Assembly: GCA_964505265.1 (NCBI GenBank)
Contig: CAZDGN010000004.1
Location: forward strand, 1,515 to 65,514
Direction: 5' to 3'
Source: an uncultured Rickettsia sp.
Lineage (GTDB): Bacteria > Pseudomonadota > Alphaproteobacteria > Rickettsiales > UBA1997
DNA: 64,000 bases
The position numbers were made by a program, and so were the translations under genes. Numbering within the stretch: the stretch's first letter is position 1; each line of letters starts with the position of its first letter. Shown here piece after piece: positions 56,908-64,000 of this stretch. The notes below the pieces were generated by a model. That model made no database searches and was not told the origin of the DNA. It worked only from the letters and a program-made list of their open reading frames with translations.

Positions 56908-57489
56908 ATGTTTATTCAAACTGAAGAAACTCCAAATCCAGCAACTTTAAAATTTATCCCTGACAATAAAATCGTTCTTGAAGATGGGGTAATGGAATTT
57001 AAAAGCCAAAAACAGGCTTCTGCCAAGTCGCCACTAGCTCTTCAGCTTTTTGCTATTGTGGGTATTGAGGCGGTAATGTTTGGTAGAGATTTTATTACTA
57101 TAACCAAATCAGGTAATGTCAATTGGGATTATTTAAAGCCAGAAATTCAGGCTACTATTATGGATTTTTATACAACTAATAAACCAATTTTATTTGAAAA
57201 TGTTGCTAACTCAAAATCTGAAATAAAAAATTCTCAAAACTCCAATGAGGATTCAGAAATTGTCAAACAAATTAAAGAATTGATTGAAATTAAGGTTAGA
57301 CCAGCGGTAGCTATGGATGGAGGTGATATCACCTTTCATTCATTTGAAGATGGGATTGTTTATTTGGCATTAAAGGGATCATGTTCGGGCTGTCCAAGTT
57401 CTAGTATAACTTTAAAAAATGGTATTGAAAATATGCTTAAACACTACATTCCAGAAGTTGAGGGAGTGGAGCAAGTAAGTGAAGAATAG
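56908..57489 (+). CDS. NifU/Nfu-type Fe-S cluster scaffold protein (Nfu_N plus NifU C-terminal domain)
   Basis: It starts MFIQTEETPNPATLKF and has RPAVAMDGGDI and GSCSGCPSS. Confidence 0.85.
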   Translation: MFIQTEETPNPATLKFIPDNKIVLEDGVMEFKSQKQASAKSPLALQLFAIVGIEAVMFGRDFITITKSGNVNWDYLKPEIQATIMDFYTTNKPILFENVANSKSEIKNSQNSNEDSEIVKQIKELIEIKVRPAVAMDGGDITFHSFEDGIVYLALKGSCSGCPSSSITLKNGIENMLKHYIPEVEGVEQVSEE

Positions 57490-57504
57490 TAATTTTTTAA
57501 AAAA

Positions 57505-57581
57505 GCATTCGTAGCTCAACTGGATAGAGTGTTGCTTTCCGAAGGCAAAGGTTGTGGGTTCAAATCCCGCCGAGTGCACCA
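57505..57581 (+). tRNA. tRNA-Arg (anticodon CCG), CCA encoded
   Basis: A manual cloverleaf fits: acceptor GCATTCG/CGAGTGC, D stem GCTC/GAGT, anticodon stem TTGCT/GGCAA with loop TTCCGAA, T arm GTGGG-TTCAAAT-CCCGC, discriminator A plus CCA. Confidence 0.85.
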
Positions 57582-57584
57582 AAA

Positions 57585-58226
57585 TTACCTTAAGCTAGCA
57601 ATAGTTTTAGCATAATTATTGCTAGAAAAAATATAAGAACCAGAAACTAAAACATTGGCCCCAGCATTAATGGTTTGTTTAGCAGTTGACTCATTAATTC
57701 CGCCATCAACCTCTAATTCAATATTTTTACCAATTTTTTCAATTTTTTTTCGAATATTTTCAATTTTTTTAAGTTGAGATGTTAAAAATTTTTGTCCTCC
57801 AAATCCGGGATTAACCGTCATAACTAAAATCAAATCTAAATCTTCTAAAATATAATCAAGTGTATCTTCGTGGGTAGAAGGCACAAGCGAAACCCCAGCT
57901 TTAATATTGTATGATTTAATCAAATTAATTGATCTATCGAGATGAATGCTAGATTCTTGATGTATGGTAATGATGTCGGCACCAGATTGGGCAAAATTTT
58001 TAATGTGCAAATCTGGATTGTTAATCATTAGATGAACATCAAAAGATTTATTTGTGAATTGACGTAAAGCCTTTACTACATCGCTTCCAATGGTAATGTT
58101 TGGGACGAATGAGCCATCCATTACATCAATATGAATATAATCAGCACCCGCTTTATCAAGGGCAATTATTTCTTCACCTAACTTTGAAAAATTTGCCGAT
58201 AAAATAGATGGAGAAATTTTGATCAT
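57585..58226 (-). CDS. rpe: Ribulose-phosphate 3-epimerase
   Basis: It has PSILSANF, HIDVMDG, DVHLM, VNPGFGGQKF and EVDGGI. Confidence 0.9.
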   Translation of the reverse strand: MIKISPSILSANFSKLGEEIIALDKAGADYIHIDVMDGSFVPNITIGSDVVKALRQFTNKSFDVHLMINNPDLHIKNFAQSGADIITIHQESSIHLDRSINLIKSYNIKAGVSLVPSTHEDTLDYILEDLDLILVMTVNPGFGGQKFLTSQLKKIENIRKKIEKIGKNIELEVDGGINESTAKQTINAGANVLVSGSYIFSSNNYAKTIASLR

Positions 58227-58228
58227 AG

Positions 58229-58732
58229 TTACTTATTAAAACAATTAATTGCAGTAATGTCATAAATTGGGTGCTCAAGTCCAGAAATTGATGGGCTTGA
58301 AGCAAACATCCAGCCATAAAAAATTCTTTTCTCAGTGATTTTGTCCTTACCTTCGTTTTTTGTTTCAAAAACTTCGAGTAAAATTTTACTTTCGGGCTTT
58401 TGTTCTAGAGGGGATTGCCAACATTTATGTGGAATAATTTTTATGCTTCCAAAATTAGTTTTATCATTAACTTTTAATTCGGTAAAGGAGGTTTTAGCGG
58501 TGGTTTTGTTCAGTATTTGAACTAGAGCATAGTTGGTAAATCCTCCTGAACTTGATTCGGTATCGTCTTGTTCTAAATTAACTTCAGAATTTTCGGTTGC
58601 AGTCTCGCTAAAACCCTCATCTTCAAGTTTTTTTTCGGTGCTTGTGGTTTTAGTATTTTTATTTTGAGCAATAACATTTTCATTGATTAAAATCATCAAA
58701 AATAAAATTGAAAAAAATTTAATTATTTGCAT
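58229..58732 (-). CDS. DUF2155-domain periplasmic protein
   Basis: It has a signal peptide from the ATG at 58732. The C-terminal block FGSIKIIPHKCW...IFYGWMFASSPSISGLEHPIYDITAINC matches DUF2155 as I remember it. The listed longer ORF uses a TTG at 58774. Confidence 0.6.
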   Translation of the reverse strand: MQIIKFFSILFLMILINENVIAQNKNTKTTSTEKKLEDEGFSETATENSEVNLEQDDTESSSGGFTNYALVQILNKTTAKTSFTELKVNDKTNFGSIKIIPHKCWQSPLEQKPESKILLEVFETKNEGKDKITEKRIFYGWMFASSPSISGLEHPIYDITAINCFNK

Positions 58733-59204
58733 TTTTATTTCCACCAAAAATGAATTTACCAAGAAGCTCCTCAAAATTAACTGAAGATTGAGTAAAAGTA
58801 ATTTCTTGATTTTGAGTTAAAAATTCGGTATCGCCACCCGGAACAATCGAAATATATTTTGAACCTAATAAACCTTCCGAAGAAATTTTAGCTGAAGAAT
58901 CGGTAGGTATTTTGACATCTTTATTAAGTTTAAGAGTAATTACTGCTTGAAAGGAATTTTTGTCAAGATCTTGGGTAACTACTGACCCAATTTTTACTCC
59001 AGAAATTTTAACATCACTGCCAGAAGATAAGCCGTCAGCATTTTCAAATTTGGCTATTAAATTATAGCCATTATGATCAGAAACTTTGGACTTTTCAAGC
59101 GAAGTAAAAAAGAATAGAATTGCCACACCCAAAACAATGGAGCCAACAGCAAAATCAAAATAATTATGATTGGATTTAGTCATATTTTTTAAAATTATTT
59201 GCAT
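58719..59204 (-). CDS. mlaD: MlaD-family (MCE domain) lipid-transport protein
   Basis: It has an N-terminal TM segment (FAVGSIVLGVAILFF) and an MCE core (YNLIAKFENADGLSSGSDVKISGVKIGSV). An alternative start is at 59183. Confidence 0.7.
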   Translation of the reverse strand: MQIILKNMTKSNHNYFDFAVGSIVLGVAILFFFTSLEKSKVSDHNGYNLIAKFENADGLSSGSDVKISGVKIGSVVTQDLDKNSFQAVITLKLNKDVKIPTDSSAKISSEGLLGSKYISIVPGGDTEFLTQNQEITFTQSSVNFEELLGKFIFGGNKNANN

Positions 59205-59523
59205 CCCAAGCTTCGTAATGAGAGGGATTATTATAAGTTGAAGTTTTTGAATTTTGCGGACTGTAAGAGTTTAATGTTCCTGTTAAGTTTGGCAAATGAA
59301 TTTTTTGCCAAGAATATTTATTGGTATTGATTTGAACTGGGGCTTGATCAATCATATAGTGCATCCAAACATGCCATTCTGCTGGTATTTTAGTTGGTTC
59401 TGCAATGCCATTATAAACTACAAATCTTTTTTTGTTTATATGTTGATAATATTCGTTACCAAACTCATCTGAACCAATTTTTTTACAGGTTAATTTGGTT
59501 ATAAAATTTTGAATAAATTGCAT
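59176..59523 (-). CDS. NADH:ubiquinone oxidoreductase subunit NDUFA12-like protein
   Basis: It has GSDEFGNEYY, PAEWHVWMH and WQK. The 115-aa size is typical of the alphaproteobacterial NDUFA12 homologue. Confidence 0.7.
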   Translation of the reverse strand: MQFIQNFITKLTCKKIGSDEFGNEYYQHINKKRFVVYNGIAEPTKIPAEWHVWMHYMIDQAPVQINTNKYSWQKIHLPNLTGTLNSYSPQNSKTSTYNNPSHYEAWDANNFKKYD

Positions 59524-59668
59524 TATTTAAAAAAAATGGTTAGTAATTAAATAAATTATATTAAAAAAAATTTAAATTACAAATTGAGTTTTAAAATTTT
59601 TTTATAATATAATCTATAAGTTAAATTTATTTAAATAAATTTTACTTCAATACAATCAAAATATCTAA

Positions 59669-62110
59669 ATGAGTCTTTTTTTTAAAACCATATTAATTCT
59701 TAAAAACAGTTGTGTAAAAGATATTTTAACAATAAAAAGTTTTTTAAAAAAAGGATTTTTTATTTTTTTAATTACCATTTTTTTACCACATACAATTGGT
59801 TTTGCTAAAAGTAACAATAATGATAATAATCCCAATCCCAATGCCAAATATCGAATTATTTCAAATGCAAATAAATCGACAAAAAATCATAAATTTTCTA
59901 AACCAACACCCACTTATTATGATAAAAATAAAAATCCCAAAAAAAATAGTAAATCTCCAGAAAATATTAAGGTTAGCTCTAAGATTAAATATCAAAAAAT
60001 TAGCGAAGAGGCTACAAAAAAAAGCACTGAAGATGCAGATGATCTTGAAATACCCGAAGATAAAAATACTCTAGAAAATAAAAATATTGAACAAGAATTA
60101 TCATCAAAAGAAGATTTTATTTCGCAAAAATTATGGAAAAAATTTTCTAAGAGTGACATTGAAATTTTACAAAATATTAATAATAAACTAAAAATTAACG
60201 ACTATGATGATGCTATTCGCCTAGCTAAAATTTTGCAAAGTAAAAATAGTGAAAATAAGAATTCTTTAGCTGATGCAGTAATGGATATAATTTTGTGGAA
60301 CAAATATAGTTCTAAATCCGATTTAAAAAAAGTAGCATTTATCGATATATCAAGTTTTGTTATGGATAATCCTTTTTTTCCAAACATTAACGATTTGCGT
60401 AAAAATGTCGAAAAAATTGCTGTGAATAATAATATTGATTACAAATATTCTGAAATTTATTTCAACACAAATCCAGCATTAACAACCGAATCCAAGCTTT
60501 ATGTGATTGACTCAAAAATTTCTAAATTATCTGCAAATTACAAAAACTTTGATGAAAAAATCAAGGATTTACAAAATAAATCTATTCAATCAGAAATTGC
60601 TAGGGTTTGGATTAGTGAAGATTTTACTGAAATTGAGGAGCGTCAATTTTTAGAAAAGTTCAAAAACATTCTTACTCAACAAGATTATGCCAAAAGGATT
60701 GAGCGTTTACTTTGGGAGAATAAAAAAAGCGAATCTTTTCGAATTATGAGCTATGTTGGCGAAGATTATCGCAACTTATTTGAAACCATCTTAAAGTTTG
60801 ATGAATCGCCTCGCTATATCGATAAAATGATACTTGATGTACCAAGAAGACTGCGTTCAAATGAGCTATTAAATTTTAAAAGGATGATATGGTATAAATC
60901 CAAAGATCAAATTGATGATGTATTGGAAATTCTAATTGAAACCCCAAAAGATTATCTTAATCCAGATAAATGGTGGAGTTTTAGAAGATTATATGGTCGC
61001 GAAATGCTAAAAACCGGTAATTATAAAAAATCCTACCAAATTATTTCAAATCATAATCTTCCAACTACCTCTTCAGATTATTGGGAAGCGGAGTGGACTG
61101 CAGGTTGGGTAGCTTTAAGGTTTTTAGATGAGCCTAAAGATGCCTTGAAGCATTTTTTGCAAATGAAAAATAATGTTAGTCAACCTGTGACAATATCAAG
61201 AGCTTTATATTGGGAAGCTATGTGCTATGAGGCTATGGATGAAAAATCAAAAGCTATTGAAACCTTTAAAATCGCCAGTCAATATCCAATTTTTTTCTAT
61301 GGACAATTAGCAATACATAAACACAAATCGCTTGACCCACTTGGTTCAGCTAAGGATATTATTTTGCCAAAAAGCCCAGAAATAACTGGTCGTGATATTG
61401 CAAAAATTTCTGAATCCAGAGCCGCTCAAATTGCTTATATTCTTGCGGTTTCGGGCGATAGGGCTAATGCCACCAAAATTTTTGAATGGTTAGTAAATAA
61501 TTCTCCAACCGATGGTCAAATTGCCGTTATTATGAAGATAATTGAAGAAATTGGCGATAGACAGCTTGATGCCCGAATTTCTAGGTTTGCTTCCAAAAAG
61601 AATGTATTTTTTATTAAGGAAAAATTCCAAATAATTAGTGAAGTTATGAATGATGAATATGCTCCGCTAGTTCATGCCATAATTAAACAAGAAAGTGGAT
61701 TTGCCCAAATGGCAGTCAGTAGGGTTGGGGCTCTTGGTTATATGCAGTTGATGCCTGCCACTGCTAAATTAGTGTCCAAAGAAATCGGAATTCCGTATAA
61801 TCAAAAAAAATTGACCCGCGATATTCGCTATAACATTAGGTTGGGGTCATTTTACATTAAAAAATTAATAGATGAATTTGAGGGTTCAGAAATGCTTGCC
61901 ATCGCCTCATATAATGCTGGACCAAATGCTACAAGACGTTGGATTAATGAATTTTATGATCCAAGAAAAGAAAAAGATCAAGATAAAATCGTAGATTGGA
62001 TTGAATTAATAACTTATTCTGAAACCAGAAATTATGTGCAAAGAATTATTGAAAATATGATTGTTTACAAATATTTGATGTCGAGAAATAATTATGATTT
62101 GTTAAAATAA
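59669..62110 (+). CDS. slt: Soluble lytic murein transglycosylase (Slt70-like)
   Basis: The C-terminal SLT domain has the catalytic IIKQESGF, YMQLMPATA and AIASYNAGPN. A long superhelical N-terminal region and a signal/anchor segment precede it. Confidence 0.85.
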   Translation: MSLFFKTILILKNSCVKDILTIKSFLKKGFFIFLITIFLPHTIGFAKSNNNDNNPNPNAKYRIISNANKSTKNHKFSKPTPTYYDKNKNPKKNSKSPENIKVSSKIKYQKISEEATKKSTEDADDLEIPEDKNTLENKNIEQELSSKEDFISQKLWKKFSKSDIEILQNINNKLKINDYDDAIRLAKILQSKNSENKNSLADAVMDIILWNKYSSKSDLKKVAFIDISSFVMDNPFFPNINDLRKNVEKIAVNNNIDYKYSEIYFNTNPALTTESKLYVIDSKISKLSANYKNFDEKIKDLQNKSIQSEIARVWISEDFTEIEERQFLEKFKNILTQQDYAKRIERLLWENKKSESFRIMSYVGEDYRNLFETILKFDESPRYIDKMILDVPRRLRSNELLNFKRMIWYKSKDQIDDVLEILIETPKDYLNPDKWWSFRRLYGREMLKTGNYKKSYQIISNHNLPTTSSDYWEAEWTAGWVALRFLDEPKDALKHFLQMKNNVSQPVTISRALYWEAMCYEAMDEKSKAIETFKIASQYPIFFYGQLAIHKHKSLDPLGSAKDIILPKSPEITGRDIAKISESRAAQIAYILAVSGDRANATKIFEWLVNNSPTDGQIAVIMKIIEEIGDRQLDARISRFASKKNVFFIKEKFQIISEVMNDEYAPLVHAIIKQESGFAQMAVSRVGALGYMQLMPATAKLVSKEIGIPYNQKKLTRDIRYNIRLGSFYIKKLIDEFEGSEMLAIASYNAGPNATRRWINEFYDPRKEKDQDKIVDWIELITYSETRNYVQRIIENMIVYKYLMSRNNYDLLK

Positions 62111-62198
62111 TAAAGACCAAATTAACTTAATAAACTGTAAAGATTGCAATCATTTTTTTTGTATGTAAAATGTTAATGAATTTAATAATTTTATTTTT

Positions 62199-63623
62199 AT
62201 GTTTGATAAATTTAATGACGAATGTGGAATCTTTGCAATTTATGGTTCTCCTGATGCCTCAATCAATACTGTTTTAGGTTTACATGCTTTGCAACATCGT
62301 GGACAAGAGGCGGGTGGAGTAGTGTCGATGGATGGTGAAAATGCCAATTTTCATTTTGCCGATGGTTTAATTTCGGATAATTTTACTTCACGCAAAATTC
62401 TAAAAAAGCTTGAAGGAAATTCAGCGATAGGGCATGTTCGATATTCAACTGCTGGCAAAAAAAATGCTCGTAATTTTCAGCCAATTTATGCCGAATTAAG
62501 TCATGGCTTCATTGCTATTGCTCATAATGGAAATTTAACTAATGCTAAAACATTACGTAAAAAATTAATCAGTGAAGGCTCAATTTTTCAATCCACGATG
62601 GATACCGAAGTTATTATTCATCTTATTGCTAAAAGTCAAAAAAATTCACTACAAGAAAAAATTATTGATGCCACTTCTCAAATTGAAGGGGCTTGTTCTT
62701 TGGTCATAATTTCTAAGGAAGGAATTATTGCTATGCGCGATCCATTTGGGGTTAGGCCACTCAGTATCGCAAGACTTGGTGATGCCTATGTTATTGCCTC
62801 GGAAACTTGTGCATTTGATATTGTTGGGGCAAAATTTGAACGCGATATAGAACATGGTGAAATGGTTATTATCAATGAATCGGGCTTAAAATCCTTAAAG
62901 CCATTTAATCCTCAACCATCAAAATTTTGTATTTTTGAATATGTTTATTTTGCTCGCCCAGATAGCTTTATCGAAGGCAATCATGTTTATGAAATGCGAA
63001 AAAATATCGGTGTTCAATTGGCTAAAGAAATTCGTCTTGAAGCTGATGTGGTGGTGCCAGTACCAGACTCTGGAGTTCCTGCTTCAATTGGCTATGCCAA
63101 TCAATCAAAAATCCCTTTTGAACTGGGAATAATTCGCAATCATTATGTTGGTAGAACTTTTATTGAGCCAACTGATAAAATTCGTCATTTTGGGGTTAAA
63201 TTAAAACATAATGCCAATTTGTCGGTAATCAAAGATAAAAGGGTGATTTTAATTGATGATAGCATTGTTCGCGGTACAACATCAAAAAAAATTGTCCAAA
63301 TGATTCGCGATGCGGGAGCTAAAGAAATATATATGCTTATTGCTTCCCCACCAACAATTTCTCCTTGTTTTTATGGTGTTGATACCCCAGAAAAGCAAGA
63401 TTTAATTGCCTCCAAGAGTTCGATTGAAGAAATACGTAAAATGATTGGTGCTGATTACCTTGGTTATTTATCGATGGATGGAATGTATCAAGCTATATTA
63501 AAAACTAACCGCGATAATATAAATCCGCAATATTGCGATGCTTGTTTTTCTGATCAATATCCAATTCATCTTACTGACAAAATTGGTGCCAAAATTCCAT
63601 TATTTGAAAAACCAAATTCATAA
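62199..63623 (+). CDS. purF: Amidophosphoribosyltransferase
   Basis: The N-terminal nucleophile context is ECGIFAI. It has LQHRGQEA and the PRPP loop (ILIDDSIVRGTT), with a C-terminal Cys cluster. Confidence 0.9.
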   Translation: MFDKFNDECGIFAIYGSPDASINTVLGLHALQHRGQEAGGVVSMDGENANFHFADGLISDNFTSRKILKKLEGNSAIGHVRYSTAGKKNARNFQPIYAELSHGFIAIAHNGNLTNAKTLRKKLISEGSIFQSTMDTEVIIHLIAKSQKNSLQEKIIDATSQIEGACSLVIISKEGIIAMRDPFGVRPLSIARLGDAYVIASETCAFDIVGAKFERDIEHGEMVIINESGLKSLKPFNPQPSKFCIFEYVYFARPDSFIEGNHVYEMRKNIGVQLAKEIRLEADVVVPVPDSGVPASIGYANQSKIPFELGIIRNHYVGRTFIEPTDKIRHFGVKLKHNANLSVIKDKRVILIDDSIVRGTTSKKIVQMIRDAGAKEIYMLIASPPTISPCFYGVDTPEKQDLIASKSSIEEIRKMIGADYLGYLSMDGMYQAILKTNRDNINPQYCDACFSDQYPIHLTDKIGAKIPLFEKPNS

Positions 63624-63626
63624 TTT

Positions 63627-63851
63627 ATGACTAATTTATCTGAAAAAACTAATGCCAAAAAAATTGTAAAAATGTCTTTTGAGGAAGCTTTGCAAAGACT
63701 CGAAGAAATTTCTCAAATCTTATCTTCGCAAAAAATCAATCTCGAACAAATGATTGAATTATATGAAGAAGGAACGGCTCTTAAAGACCATTGTAATGCA
63801 AGGCTTGAAGAAGCAAAACTGAAAATAGAAAAAATCGAAACTTCTTCATAA
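63627..63851 (+). CDS. xseB: Exodeoxyribonuclease VII small subunit
   Basis: It is a 74-aa helical protein with SFEEALQRLEEI and LYEEGTALKDHC. Confidence 0.8.
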   Translation: MTNLSEKTNAKKIVKMSFEEALQRLEEISQILSSQKINLEQMIELYEEGTALKDHCNARLEEAKLKIEKIETSS

Positions 63852-63940
63852 ATAATGTAATCGGCGGCATTTAAATTTATTAAAATAAGATGCTTGAATT
63901 TTGTTTTTTATAAATTATTATTTTTTAAAAAAATAATTAA

Positions 63941-64000
63941 ATGAATCAAATACCAAATATATTAACTATTGCTAGAATTGCTATAATCCCTCTTTTAGTT
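63941..64000 (+). CDS. CDP-alcohol phosphatidyltransferase (PgsA-like), first 20 codons only
   Basis: MNQIPNILTIARIAIIPLLV matches the usual PgsA-family N-terminus. The window end truncates the gene. Confidence 0.5.
   Translation, partial: MNQIPNILTIARIAIIPLLV

Overview
This is a strongly AT-rich bacterial chromosome segment. The gene content looks alphaproteobacterial, of the Rickettsiales/Holosporales-like intracellular type. Supporting this are an NDUFA12-like/MlaD/DUF2155 cluster, a short ProRS without an insertion domain, a eukaryote-like type-2 IleRS, a giant VirB6/TrbL-like protein and GC-rich palindromic intergenic repeats. Most of the window is housekeeping: ileS, hom, glyS, proS, recG, smpB, rpsF-rpsR-rplI, proB, hisG, cspA, a DEAD-box helicase, bioF, gmk, fabI, leuD, ribF, rpe, purF, xseB and one tRNA-Arg(CCG). 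There are three accessory patches. (1) At 1-2603, a 5'-truncated SF2 helicase is coupled to a T5orf172/GIY-YIG-type protein. (2) At 12888-14953 lies a type II restriction-modification pair. (3) At about 20566-27418 lies a decayed island where two 215-bp near-identical IS3-type transposase 3'-end remnants bracket a 5.3-kb cargo. The cargo is a tight three-gene minus-strand operon: a COG1106-type ABC/AAA ATPase, an RloB-like Toprim protein, and a fused ABC ATPase-Toprim (OLD/PARIS-like) protein. This operon is my best candidate for a new composite anti-phage system. Other points worth a second look are a roughly 75-bp nested palindromic repeat family at two loci, one copy with a 39-bp tandem amplification. 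An IleRS lacks the usual C-terminal domain and overlaps a membrane-protein gene through ATGA. An unlisted 50-codon DUF2256 zinc-ribbon ORF sits between the photolyase and DUF2237 genes. TGA is almost absent as a stop codon. All functional calls come from motif recognition by eye, and no searches were run.
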